50,507 nt of DNA from Chloroflexota bacterium. GTDB taxonomy: Bacteria; Chloroflexota; Limnocylindria; Limnocylindrales; Limnocylindraceae. Positions 18,534 to 27,912 of the stretch are shown in pieces. The translations under genes and the position numbers were made by a program. Numbering within the stretch: position 1 is the first letter of the stretch; each line of letters starts with the position of its first letter. The DNA is taken from positions 1 to 50,507 of the forward strand of contig QWQR01000003.1 of NCBI GenBank assembly GCA_003670745.1. Direction: 5' to 3'. The notes beneath the pieces were generated by a model, which made no database searches, was not told the origin of the DNA, and worked only from the letters and a program-made list of their open reading frames with translations.

Positions 18534-19870
18534 CGTTGCGCTGCGAGTAGTGCGGCCACGCGATCGAGAATCGCATCGGCGACCACGCGCTTTGGCGCCG
18601 GGCCGACACTCGTCGTCGCGCCGTCGGCGCCGGTGATCACTGCGGCGTTGTCGAGGCTCTCGAATCCGACCCCTGGCGCCGTCACGTCGTTGGCGACCAC
18701 AAGGTCGAGATCCTTTGAGGCCAGCTTTTCGGCGGCGCGCGTCGTTCCGCCGCTCTCGGCAGAGAAGCCGACGAGGATCGTGCGGCGCGTCGCGCGCGGG
18801 CCAAGCCTTCTTGCGACACCGGCGAGCAGGTCTGGCGTCGACTCGAGGCGCAACACGAGTTCGCCATCACGGCGCAGCTTCTCCGTGGCTGCGCCTCCGA
18901 CTGGGCGGAAATCTGAAACGGCGGCGGCGGCGATCAGCGCGTCAGCGCCAGTCGCACCCGCTGCAGAGGCTGTGCCCTGTGCTGGCTGTGCGGTGAACGC
19001 GGGGAGTGCGCTGGCGAGCGCCGCCTCGAGCGCCGCGACGCTCATCGCGCGCACGATCTCGACCCCTTCAGGGAGCGGCACCGCAACCCGCGCCGCGATG
19101 AGCAGCACATCGGCACCGCGATCGCGCGCCGCCTCGGCGAGGGCGATCCCTTGGCGCCCCGAGGAGCGGTTCGCGAGGATGCGCACCGGATCGATCGCCT
19201 CTTCGGTTCCACCTGCGGTGATGACGATGCGGCGCCCCGAAAGGTCGCCAGAGGCAACGGTCGGCGGGCGCTTCGCTGCGTTCGGCTCGCGCACTGGTGC
19301 GTTACCGATGGCGCGTACCACCGCCGTGACGATCGTTGCGATCTCGGCGAGTCGACCGACGCCGCTGCTCCCTGAGGCGAGCTCCCCGCTCTCGGGTGCG
19401 ACCAGCGTGTAGCCGAAGTCCTCGGTGAGGCGTCGTGCGTTCGACTGCGTTGCGGGGTGCTCCCACATCTCGCCATCCATCGCCGGCGCAACGATCACCG
19501 GCGCGCCCGTTGCGAGGCACGCCGCAGTAACAGGGTCGCCCGCGAGCCCGCCCGCCATGGCGCCGAGCCACTGCGCCGTCGCCGGGGCGACGAGGATCGC
19601 ATCGGCGCTGTCGGCGGCAACGATGTGGCCGATCCGTCCGTCGGGGAGCAGGTCGAGCAGGTCTGCATCAACGGCGCGCCCCGTTAACGTGCGGAGCGTG
19701 AGCGGCGAGACGAAGCGCGTTGCCGCGGGAGTGAGGAGCGCCTGCACATCGGCTCCAGCGGCGCGCAGCGCGCGCACGATCTCTGGCGCCTTGTAGGCGG
19801 CGATCGATCCGGTGATGCCGAGAACGACGAGTCGACCCTCAAGTGGGCGTGCCGCAACGTTCGGGCTCAT
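18530..19870 (-). CDS. coaBC: Bifunctional phosphopantothenoylcysteine decarboxylase/ligase
   Basis: GITGSIAAYK, APATA, PAMD.EMW, ITAGGT.E.IDPVR...NRSSGRQG, AAAVSDF, GFSAES, VAND. Confidence 0.94.
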   Translation of the reverse strand: MSPNVAARPLEGRLVVLGITGSIAAYKAPEIVRALRAAGADVQALLTPAATRFVSPLTLRTLTGRAVDADLLDLLPDGRIGHIVAADSADAILVAPATAQWLGAMAGGLAGDPVTAACLATGAPVIVAPAMDGEMWEHPATQSNARRLTEDFGYTLVAPESGELASGSSGVGRLAEIATIVTAVVRAIGNAPVREPNAAKRPPTVASGDLSGRRIVITAGGTEEAIDPVRILANRSSGRQGIALAEAARDRGADVLLIAARVAVPLPEGVEIVRAMSVAALEAALASALPAFTAQPAQGTASAAGATGADALIAAAAVSDFRPVGGAATEKLRRDGELVLRLESTPDLLAGVARRLGPRATRRTILVGFSAESGGTTRAAEKLASKDLDLVVANDVTAPGVGFESLDNAAVITGADGATTSVGPAPKRVVADAILDRVAALLAAQR

Positions 19871-20697
19871 CGCTGCACCCTTGGTACACCCGCTGCTGGC
19901 GCATTCACTGCGGTAAGGGCGAGGATCGCATCAATGACGAGCTCAGCCTCGCGTGCATCGGCGTCGACCCCGGCGCTCCAGCCGGCCGTTGCAGCGCCAC
20001 CAGCGAGAACGATCGCAGGGCGCGGCGCGCTCGGATCCCTGCGTGTCATCTCACCGACCGACTCTTCGATCAGCGCATGCAGCGTTGCGCGCGCGCCGCG
20101 CAAGATGCCTGCTGCAATCGCAGCATCGGTCGTCGCTCCGATCGGACCAGGGAGATCGGGGCTCTCGTCGAAGAGGGTGATCTCTGGGAGCGCCGCAGTG
20201 CCGACCGCAAGAGCGCGGGCGGCGAGCAGTGGCGATGGGGCGATGGCGCCACCGATGATCTCGCCGGATCGCGTGACGCAAGTCAGCGTGAGTGCAGTTC
20301 CGAGCGTCACGGCGATTGCACCGCGACCCTGCGGCGCACCCCAGGTCGCATACGCGTGCCAGGCACCGAGGGCGCGGTCAACGCCGAGTCGCCCTGGGGC
20401 GTCGAGGGCGATCTTCAGCGGCGTGTCTGTTGACGTCAGCTCGCGCATCGCGATGGTGCGCTCGGCGGCCAGGGTGAGGAGCGCCTTGGTGGCTGCAGGG
20501 ACGACGGAGGCGAACGCCAACGCTTTGGCCTGGCCCCCCTCAGCGACGGCAAGATCGAGGAGCGCGGTGATCTGTGGGCGCCACGCAGCGGCGCTGGCGG
20601 GATCGCTCGGTGCAGGGACGCGGACGGAGCGTCGGGCACCGCCCTGAAGCCACCCCGCCTTGGCGGCGCTGTTCCCCAGATCGACGGCGTAGCGCAT
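19867..20697 (-). CDS. coaX: Type III pantothenate kinase
   Basis: AVDLGNS, LGVDR, LGTALT, GGAIAPS, LAVGTAALP; clustered with coaBC and panBC. Confidence 0.85.
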   Translation of the reverse strand: MRYAVDLGNSAAKAGWLQGGARRSVRVPAPSDPASAAAWRPQITALLDLAVAEGGQAKALAFASVVPAATKALLTLAAERTIAMRELTSTDTPLKIALDAPGRLGVDRALGAWHAYATWGAPQGRGAIAVTLGTALTLTCVTRSGEIIGGAIAPSPLLAARALAVGTAALPEITLFDESPDLPGPIGATTDAAIAAGILRGARATLHALIEESVGEMTRRDPSAPRPAIVLAGGAATAGWSAGVDADAREAELVIDAILALTAVNAPAAGVPRVQR

Positions 20698-20794
20698 CGC
20701 CCCGATGATAGGGGGCGCCGATTGATCCAGGGCGCCGATCGTGGCTGCGCCACGGAACGGGGCGGCGCGCCCCCTGCGCTACGCTCTCTCCCGC

Positions 20795-21295
20795 ATGGAC
20801 CACGATCACCACGAGCAGCTCCCTGGGATCTTCGTCAATCAGGGCCTGGCGATCGGTCGCGCCGATAAGGCGAATGTGCTGCGCCCGCTCCTGCGCCAGA
20901 CGGTCTCGTATCGTCGGCAGCAGGGTGGCGTGACGATCGCGTCGGGGATCGGCTGGGTCGAAGAGGTTCTCGGCGACGACCCAGAGGTGAGCTCCATCTT
21001 CACCCCGCTCACCATCACGATCAACGTCGACGCGTTCGACAGCGTGCAGTTCGACCTTGAAGAGGTTGGGCACCTGCGCTACGTGCTGCGCCGCGGAGAC
21101 GAGGCCATTGAGCTTGAATATCGCGCTGGAGTTCCCGTACCTGACGAGGCGCCACTGCGAACATGGCTCGACGTGCGCGCTGAACAGTACGTGCAGATCG
21201 AACTGCCGACGAGCGCTTGGCCGAGCGCCGGCCCAAGCGTTGGTGGCGAGGCCGGCGACGAAGGCTCCGTCGATTCCGAAGGGCTGGAGCCGTGA
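20795..21295 (+). CDS. Hypothetical protein
   Basis: Probable start at ATG 20795 (MDHDHHEQ; ORF-track start 20741). Globular-looking sequence with genome-typical codons. Confidence 0.65.
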   Translation: MDHDHHEQLPGIFVNQGLAIGRADKANVLRPLLRQTVSYRRQQGGVTIASGIGWVEEVLGDDPEVSSIFTPLTITINVDAFDSVQFDLEEVGHLRYVLRRGDEAIELEYRAGVPVPDEAPLRTWLDVRAEQYVQIELPTSAWPSAGPSVGGEAGDEGSVDSEGLEP

Positions 21296-21332
21296 GCACG
21301 CTGATCTTTGACCTTTCCGCTAGGCTCCTCTC

Positions 21333-21800
21333 ATGAGCGCTAGCCAGAAGACCCTCGTATTGATCAAGCCCGACGGCGTGCAGCGGCTGCTCGTCGGTCG
21401 CATCCTTTCGCGCTTCGAGGATCGCGGACTCCGCATCGCGGCGCTGAAACTGGTCTCGGTTGATCGCGCGCTCGCTGAGACGCACTACGCCGTTCACGCC
21501 CAGCGTCCATTCTTCGCGGGGCTCGTCGACTTCATCACCTCGAGCCCGCTCGTCGCGATCGTCCTGGAAGGGCCAAACGCGATCGCGGTCGTTCGCTCGA
21601 TGGTCGGTGCAACGAAGCCGCATGAGGCGGGGCCCGGCACGATTCGTGGCGACTTCGGCCTGGAGACAGCGAAGAACCTGATTCATGCCTCCGACGGTGA
21701 AGAGACCGCTGCAGCCGAGATCAAGCTCTGGTTCGGCGCAAACGGAACGATCGATTACCCCCGCGCGACCGACGCGTGGATCCTCTCCGACGAGGAGTAG
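21333..21800 (+). CDS. ndk: Nucleoside diphosphate kinase
   Basis: TLVLIKPDGVQR, HY..H..RPFF..L..FITS, PGTIRGDF, NLIHASD. Confidence 0.97.
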   Translation: MSASQKTLVLIKPDGVQRLLVGRILSRFEDRGLRIAALKLVSVDRALAETHYAVHAQRPFFAGLVDFITSSPLVAIVLEGPNAIAVVRSMVGATKPHEAGPGTIRGDFGLETAKNLIHASDGEETAAAEIKLWFGANGTIDYPRATDAWILSDEE

Positions 21801-21815
21801 TCCTCGTCGCTTCGC

Positions 21816-23351
21816 CTACGGTGTAGGCGACCCCGCCGCTCCTGATCCATCGGGTGATGCTGTCTCATTTGGCGCGGGAGCTGGTGCGGTTGGCGAGCTC
21901 AACGGCGGAGCCGATGGGAGTGGCCCAGCGCCACGCGAGGCAATCGAGAGCCATCCGGCCGCCGCGCCGGCAATGGTGATCGCACCGAATAGGATCGCGA
22001 TCACGAGCACCTCAGGGAGTTTTCGCAACGCAGCGAGGCGAACGGGGCGACTCGGCACGGTGAATCCAACGAGCAAGATGCGCACCGCACTTGCGACGAG
22101 CCCGAGCTGCCCGAGCGCAGCCACAATCGCGATGATCGGATTGCCGCCTGCCGTGAGCACGTTGATCTTTGCGGCGATGATCTCGCCCGGCGGCAGGGCG
22201 AGCATCGCGATGATCCCAGCGATCAAGATGACGCCGTAGACGGGGGTGCGTCGTGCCCAGCCGCCGAGGTCACTAATCGCCGTCACCTCGTACTGCTTGC
22301 GGATGCCGATCAACCAAAGGCCGAAGAGCGAGAGCGAGAGCGCCCCAGGGACTGGGAGCAGCCGCGCCGCGTCGTTGTCGGGATTGATCAATAGCGCCGC
22401 AGCGGCGAGGGCCAGCCAACCGGCGTTGCCGACCGCGAGGAAGCCGACCACCTCGCCGATGTCATCGTGGAGAAGTGCCGATGCACCGCCGAATGCGATG
22501 GCGACCGCGCCGGCGATGAGAAGTGCGGGAACCACCGCGCCGCCGATCTGTTCGGGTACCCCCGCAGCGAGCGAAGAGATCTCACCCATGACGATGAGGC
22601 TGAGCGCGGTCGGGAGCCAGACGCCGATGAGGAGCGATCCGACGATCGGAAGCGTTTCGAAGATGCGCACGAGGCGGTGGTGAAAGGGGAAGACCCCCGT
22701 CGAGCTCATGAGCACCGCTGCGAGCGCGAGCGCTGCGCCGGCGCCGAGTGAGGTCGGCGTCGCGTAGTTCGCGTCGGTCGCCGAGAGGGGGATTGCGCTG
22801 CGTAGCAACTCGGCGGTGACGAGCAGCGGCAGCGCGATCGCCGCGGCCCGAAGGTCGCGGAAGACGGCGCGCGCCCGCGCTGCGTCGCCGCGCGATCCGG
22901 CGGCGAACGCAGAGAGGCCGATGCTGCCGAAGATCAGGATCGCAACCGGGGCAAGCCCGTCGGGGACGGCGAGCGCAAGGTCGATCGCCGCCAAGCCGAA
23001 GAGGGCAATCTGTCCCATGGTTCCTACGCGTCGCCCACCGCCGACCACAACGATCAGGGCGAAGGTCGGCGCGCCGAGCGCAACGAGCAGTCGCCCAGGT
23101 TCCGATGGGTCGATTGGAATCCCGCCGATCAGCGCGCTCGATCGGTAGTCGCTCCCAGCAAGGAAGGCCAGGATCCCGCTCGCGAAGAGGAGCGAAATAA
23201 CCACCCTCTCAGCACGGTCGTTCGATCGAGTTGCAACGCCGAAGCGCGGATGGCGCGCGAGGGGGACGGCGACGAGGCTAATGAGAGCGATGAGCGTTGG
23301 CCCGATCGCGCGCAGGGTGGCGATGAGATGCGTCGTATCAATTGCGGGCAC
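21816..23351 (-). CDS. Divergent proton-antiporter-like membrane protein (NuoN/HyfF/MrpD family)
   Basis: About 14 TM; GVFPFH (family PFH motif), DDIGEVVGF..VGNAGW (KRLLAYSS..H.GY equivalent), DLGGWARRTP, LALPP...AAK; Pro/Ser-rich tail. Confidence 0.65.
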   Translation of the reverse strand: MPAIDTTHLIATLRAIGPTLIALISLVAVPLARHPRFGVATRSNDRAERVVISLLFASGILAFLAGSDYRSSALIGGIPIDPSEPGRLLVALGAPTFALIVVVGGGRRVGTMGQIALFGLAAIDLALAVPDGLAPVAILIFGSIGLSAFAAGSRGDAARARAVFRDLRAAAIALPLLVTAELLRSAIPLSATDANYATPTSLGAGAALALAAVLMSSTGVFPFHHRLVRIFETLPIVGSLLIGVWLPTALSLIVMGEISSLAAGVPEQIGGAVVPALLIAGAVAIAFGGASALLHDDIGEVVGFLAVGNAGWLALAAAALLINPDNDAARLLPVPGALSLSLFGLWLIGIRKQYEVTAISDLGGWARRTPVYGVILIAGIIAMLALPPGEIIAAKINVLTAGGNPIIAIVAALGQLGLVASAVRILLVGFTVPSRPVRLAALRKLPEVLVIAILFGAITIAGAAAGWLSIASRGAGPLPSAPPLSSPTAPAPAPNETASPDGSGAAGSPTP

Positions 23352-23962
23352 TACTCCTCCTCGCTGAGGGTGATCTGACCCGCGACGCTCGAGCTGATGA
23401 GCAGGATCGCCGCTAGCCCCGCGGCGATCGCAACCGCGGCGAGCGGGTCGAGCGCACCGAGCACCGAAGCCCGCAGCAGGAGTGCGCCGGTCAGGGCGAC
23501 CACCGCGGCTCGCCCCGTCGCCTCAACGTAGCCACTCGTGAGGAGCGGCGGGAGCCCGATGACGAGGAGTGCGATCCCTGCGGCGCGCACCGGCGCAACG
23601 CTCGTCTCAATAGGAAGGGCGAGCGGCACGGCGCCCAAGAGGAGCCCCGCGAGCGCGCTTGCTGCAACGACAGGGTGCTCACTCAACGTTTCGGCGATGA
23701 CGCGTGGTGAGAGGTCGCGACGAAGCGCAGCGAAGTCAAAGAGGCCGGTAGGGAGGACGATCAACGTCGCGCCCCAGAGGGCTGCGAGACGCAGCAAGAG
23801 ACCAGCAGGGTAGTGGCCATCATCGGGGAACTCCAGGACCCCAGCGACGAGCACCAGCGCAGCGAGGGCAATCCACGCAGCGCGACGCGCGCCTGTCACC
23901 GCGAGGGTTGCGAGGAGCGCTGCGACGATTGCGAGCGGGAGCCCCTGCCCCACGAGGTTCAA
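23351..23962 (-). CDS. Hypothetical multi-pass membrane protein (possibly HyfE-like)
   Basis: 6-7 hydrophobic helices; stop overlaps the next start; start overlaps the lepB stop. Confidence 0.65.
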   Translation of the reverse strand: MNLVGQGLPLAIVAALLATLAVTGARRAAWIALAALVLVAGVLEFPDDGHYPAGLLLRLAALWGATLIVLPTGLFDFAALRRDLSPRVIAETLSEHPVVAASALAGLLLGAVPLALPIETSVAPVRAAGIALLVIGLPPLLTSGYVEATGRAAVVALTGALLLRASVLGALDPLAAVAIAAGLAAILLISSSVAGQITLSEEE

Positions 23963-24534
23963 GGGGTCGGCGCTCCGTACGTTGGCGCGTCAACGATGCT
24001 CATGCGGTCGACCGGGTAGTAGCGAAGCACGGCGCGCCCGATCACCGCCTTCGTGGGGATCGGCCCATAGATGCGCGAGTCGGAGGAGTTCGAGCGATGG
24101 TCACCCATCACCAAGAGTTCGTCGGGGCCGAGGGTCCACGACCCGTTCTCACCCTCAAGGCTCGCGCCATCATCATCGCGGAAAACATACGACTCGCTCA
24201 GTGGGCCGCCGTTCACGCTGACCACGCCGTTCACCAGCGTGATCGTTTCGCCTGGCAGGCCGATGACACGCTTGATATAGGGGGTCGGGTTCTCCTTCTT
24301 CCCCTGCGGCCAACCGGCCGGGGGCAAGAAGACGACCACATCACCGCGATGGAATCCGGTGATGCGCGGGGTCAGCTTGTCGACCATGACGTACTGGCCA
24401 GGCTCAAAGGTCTGCTCCATTGAGGTCTGCTCAACCTTGAACGGTTGGGCGACGAACCCTTGGATCAGGTAGAAGACGAGAGCCGTGACGGCGACCGTCT
24501 GGGCAATCTCGAGGAGGAGGCGACGACCACGCAT
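23959..24534 (-). CDS. lepB: Signal peptidase I
   Basis: TM anchor, then SMEQT (catalytic Ser), YIKRVIGLPGE (catalytic Lys), GDHRSNSSDSR. Start reassigned to ATG 24534, 6 nt after TATACT. Confidence 0.93.
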   Translation of the reverse strand: MRGRRLLLEIAQTVAVTALVFYLIQGFVAQPFKVEQTSMEQTFEPGQYVMVDKLTPRITGFHRGDVVVFLPPAGWPQGKKENPTPYIKRVIGLPGETITLVNGVVSVNGGPLSESYVFRDDDGASLEGENGSWTLGPDELLVMGDHRSNSSDSRIYGPIPTKAVIGRAVLRYYPVDRMSIVDAPTYGAPTP

Positions 24535-24557
24535 GAGGGGAGTATAGGGGGCTGCGG

Positions 24558-24586
24558 TTGACCCCCCCACACCGCACCCCTACCAT
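24558..24586 (+). promoter_or_regulatory. Sigma70-type promoter of hppA
   Basis: TTGACC (24558-63), 17-nt spacer, TACCAT (24581-86). Confidence 0.75.
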
Positions 24587-24712
24587 CGCCCTGTTGGGTG
24601 CCCATCCCAACCAGGGCTGTTGCCTTGAAGACCGACAGACGCCCGACCCGAAGCGCGGTGCTCGCACCGCGGCCACGCGACGGACCTGGACGTATCGGAG
24701 GAAGACACAACG

Positions 24713-26920
24713 ATGAATGGACAGATCACCACGACGATGTTGCAAGACATGGTCCTACCGGCCGGGTTGATCTCGGTCGTCTTCGCACTGCTCTTGGCAC
24801 GCAACGTGCTCGGGCAGGATCGCGGCACCCGCGCCATGCAAGACGTGGCTGGAACCATCTTTGAGGGCGCCGTCGCCTTCATCCGCCGCCAGTACACCAC
24901 TATTGCCGTGATGGCGATCGCCGGCTCCATCGGGATCGGCGCGCTGATTTCGGCATTCGAGACCCAGGCTGTCGCGGAGACAAGCGTCTACGGGATTGAC
25001 CTCGGCATTCGCACCGGCGTTGCCTTCCTCTTCGGCGCCGCCTGCTCGATGGCCTCCGGGATCATCGGCATGTACATCAGCGTGAAGGCGAACCTGCGCA
25101 CCACCGCCGCCGCTCGCAAGGGCGTCGTCAAGGCGGTGCAGGTCGCGATGCGCGGTGGAGCCGTCTCGGGCTTCCTCGTCGTCGCCCTCTCGCTCCTCGG
25201 CGTCTACGCCGTGTTCGTCGCCTTCGGCGGCCTCACCAATCCATCCGAAGCCCCCTTCCTCATCGTTGGCTACGGCTTCGGCGCCTCCTTCGTCGCCCTC
25301 TTCGCCCAGCTCGGCGGTGGGATCTACACCAAGGCCGCTGACGTTGGCTCCGACCTCGTCGGCAAGGTGGAGAAGGGGATCCCCGAGGATGACCCCCGCA
25401 ATGCAGGCGTGATCGCCGACCTCGTCGGTGACAACGTTGGCGACTGTGCCGGCCGTGGTGCCGACCTCTTTGAGTCGACCGCCGCCGAGAACATCGGCGC
25501 GATGATCCTTGGCGTTGGCGCCTTCACGATCGCGAGCAGCGCAGGTTGGGCGAACCCAGAGGCGTGGATCTTCTTCCCGCTCGTCGTTCGCGCCTTCGGA
25601 CTTCTGAGCACGATCGTTGCAATGTTCTTCGTGACCGGTAGCGAGAAAGAGGATCCGATGAACATCCTCAATCGCGGGTACTGGGCGACCACGCTCCTCT
25701 CGGCCGTAGGCCTTGCCGTCACCTGCGCGGTGATGCTGCAGACCGGTGGCTCGAACGCGTGGGTCTACTTCTTCGGCGCCGGCGTCGTGGGTCTCGCCAC
25801 GAGCGTCGCCTTCGTCTATATCACCCAGTTCTACACAGCCGGTTCGTATCGACCGGTTCGCGAGCTCGCCGAGGCGAGCCGCACCGGCGCAGCCACGAAC
25901 ATCATCGCCGGTACGGCGGTGGGCTTCGAGACCACGCTCGTCACCGCCGTCACGATCTCGATCGCGATCTTCGCCTCGCACTGGCTCGGCCAGCAGGCGG
26001 CGCTCGCGGCGAACCTTGTCGGCACCGACGTCGATAAGTTCGGCATCTTCGGCACCGCCGTCGCGACGATGGGCATGCTCATGACCACCGCCTACATCTT
26101 GGCGATGGACACGTTCGGGCCGATCACCGACAACGCGGGCGGCATTGCGGAGTTCAGCCGCGCGCCAGAGAAGATTCGGCACATCACCGACCGCCTCGAC
26201 GCGGTCGGGAACACGACGAAGGCCCTCACCAAGGGCTACGCGATCGCTTCGGCGTCGCTCGCTGCATTCCTTTTGTTCTCGGCCTACATTGACAAGGTGA
26301 ACCTCATCCTCGAGCGCGCCGGTCGGCCGCTCATGGAGTCGATCAACCTTGCCAACGTGAACGTCTTTATCGGCGCCTTCATCGGCGCGATGCTCTCGTA
26401 CTTCTTCAGCTCGCTGGCGATCCGCGCGGTAGGCCGCACGGCGCAGGCGATCATCGTTGAAGTGCGACGTCAGTTCCGTGAGATGCCAGGGATCATGACC
26501 TACCGCGTGCGCCCAGACTATGCGCGCGTGGTGGACATCACGACCAAGGCGGCCCTGCGCGAGATGATCGCGCCAGGGATCGTGGCGGTTGCCACCCCAG
26601 TGGTCGTTGGGCTCCTGCTCGGCGCCGAGGCGGTTGCCGGCATGCTCATCGTCGGAACGATCAGCGGCGTGCTCCTCGCTACGGTGTTGAACAACTCCGG
26701 CGGCGCGTGGGACAACGCGAAGAAGTACATCGAGTCTGGCGGCCTGAAGGACGCCAAGGGGAAGGTCCTCGGCAAGGGTTCCGATGCGCACGCGGCAGCG
26801 GTCGTGGGCGACACCGTCGGTGACCCGTTCAAGGACACGGCCGGCCCGTCGCTTCACGTGCTCGTGAAGCTGCTGGCGACCGTCACCCTCGTGCTCGCTC
26901 CGCTCTTCATCGGTTCGTGA
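24713..26920 (+). CDS. hppA: Membrane-bound pyrophosphatase, K+-independent H+-translocating type
   Basis: GGGIYTKAADVGSDLVGKVE, DNVGDCAG, DTFGPITDNAGGIAE, GNTTKA (Lys signature), GGAWDNAKK, GDTVGDPFKDT. Confidence 0.95.
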   Translation: MNGQITTTMLQDMVLPAGLISVVFALLLARNVLGQDRGTRAMQDVAGTIFEGAVAFIRRQYTTIAVMAIAGSIGIGALISAFETQAVAETSVYGIDLGIRTGVAFLFGAACSMASGIIGMYISVKANLRTTAAARKGVVKAVQVAMRGGAVSGFLVVALSLLGVYAVFVAFGGLTNPSEAPFLIVGYGFGASFVALFAQLGGGIYTKAADVGSDLVGKVEKGIPEDDPRNAGVIADLVGDNVGDCAGRGADLFESTAAENIGAMILGVGAFTIASSAGWANPEAWIFFPLVVRAFGLLSTIVAMFFVTGSEKEDPMNILNRGYWATTLLSAVGLAVTCAVMLQTGGSNAWVYFFGAGVVGLATSVAFVYITQFYTAGSYRPVRELAEASRTGAATNIIAGTAVGFETTLVTAVTISIAIFASHWLGQQAALAANLVGTDVDKFGIFGTAVATMGMLMTTAYILAMDTFGPITDNAGGIAEFSRAPEKIRHITDRLDAVGNTTKALTKGYAIASASLAAFLLFSAYIDKVNLILERAGRPLMESINLANVNVFIGAFIGAMLSYFFSSLAIRAVGRTAQAIIVEVRRQFREMPGIMTYRVRPDYARVVDITTKAALREMIAPGIVAVATPVVVGLLLGAEAVAGMLIVGTISGVLLATVLNNSGGAWDNAKKYIESGGLKDAKGKVLGKGSDAHAAAVVGDTVGDPFKDTAGPSLHVLVKLLATVTLVLAPLFIGS

Positions 26921-26953
26921 TGATCCGCCGCACGGTGCGGCAGAGGTGAAATT

Positions 26954-26995
26954 GACGACACGGGCGGTGCCCCCAAGGGGGCATCGCCCGTCGTC
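26954..26995 (+). terminator. Long GC-rich hairpin between hppA and uppP (no U-tract)
   Basis: ACGGGCGGTGCCCC-caag-GGGGCATCGCCCGT (one G.U pair), flanked by GACG/CGTC. Confidence 0.5.
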
Positions 26996-27052
26996 ACATC
27001 TCGGTAGTGGTCAGCAAGGCCGCGCGAGAGACCAGGATCAGGAGGTGATGCG

Positions 27053-27904
27053 ATGACAGAGATCCCCGCGATCATCATCGCTGCGCTCCTCGGGGCGCTG
27101 CAGGGCTTCACTGAGTTCCTGCCGATCTCCTCCTCGGCGCACCTCTACGCGGTGCCGTACCTCTTCTTGCTTAACGACCCACTTCTTGATTCCCTCGCCT
27201 TCGCCGCAGTGCTCCACCTCGGCACCCTCGCTGCAGTGCTCGTGGCGATGCGCCACGAGGTGGTGCGACTCACTGGCGTGGTCCTGCGATTCATCTTCTC
27301 GCTCGGCCGCACGCGCGGCGAGGCATCCGACGAGCGGCTGATCGTTGCAATCATCCTCGGCACGATCCCTGCCGCCATCGCGGGCGCGCTCGCCTCAGAC
27401 CTGATCGACGGCGCGCTGCGCAGCCCGATAATCGTTGCCGCTGCGGTGCTCGCGGGCGCAGTGCTGCTCGGCGTTGCTGAGCGGTTCGGACGTCGCGAGC
27501 GACCACTCGAGGGGATCGCGATCTTCGACGGTATCTTTACTGGGCTCGCCCAGGCGCTCGCCCTCATCCCCGGGATCAGCCGCTCCGGTGCAACCATCAG
27601 CGCTGGGCTCCTGCTTGGTTTCAATCGCGCCTCGGCGGCGCGCTTCAGCTTCTTGCTCGGCATCCCGGCGATCGCCGGTGGCGGGCTACTCGAGTTGCGG
27701 AAGCTCGCCGAAGCGGGTGGGATTTCAGATGGTTCCGTACCGCTCCTTCTCGTCGGCATCGCCACCTCGTTCTTCGCTGGCCTTCTGGCGATCTCGCTGC
27801 TGTTGCGACTCCTCTCAGGGAGCTCGACGCGACTCTTCGTCTTCTACCGCATCGCCTTTGCGCTGCTCCTCATCGGTACCGCACTCTCGCGCGGCGGCAT
27901 CTAA
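27053..27904 (+). CDS. uppP: Undecaprenyl-diphosphate phosphatase (BacA)
   Basis: QGFTEFLPISSSAH, HLGT, AQALALIPGISRSG, RFSFLLGIP; SD AGGAGG. Confidence 0.95.
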   Translation: MTEIPAIIIAALLGALQGFTEFLPISSSAHLYAVPYLFLLNDPLLDSLAFAAVLHLGTLAAVLVAMRHEVVRLTGVVLRFIFSLGRTRGEASDERLIVAIILGTIPAAIAGALASDLIDGALRSPIIVAAAVLAGAVLLGVAERFGRRERPLEGIAIFDGIFTGLAQALALIPGISRSGATISAGLLLGFNRASAARFSFLLGIPAIAGGGLLELRKLAEAGGISDGSVPLLLVGIATSFFAGLLAISLLLRLLSGSSTRLFVFYRIAFALLLIGTALSRGGI

Positions 27905-27912
27905 CCCGAACG

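Noticed and set aside
18530-19870. CoaBC has PAMD and ELASG in place of PAMN and LACG (catalytic Cys in E. coli Dfp)
   Set aside because: From memory, the same variant pair occurs in other bacterial CoaBCs (e.g. Bacteroidota) and the ORF is intact. Not treated as inactivation, though unverified.
24755-26857. 700-aa antisense ORF opposite hppA, and many other long overlapping ORFs in the track (e.g. 4714..5463, 5620..6708, 13195..14001, 47526..48824)
   Set aside because: Shadow ORFs expected at high GC with strong codon bias. They mirror well-supported genes on the other strand and have no recognisable motifs.
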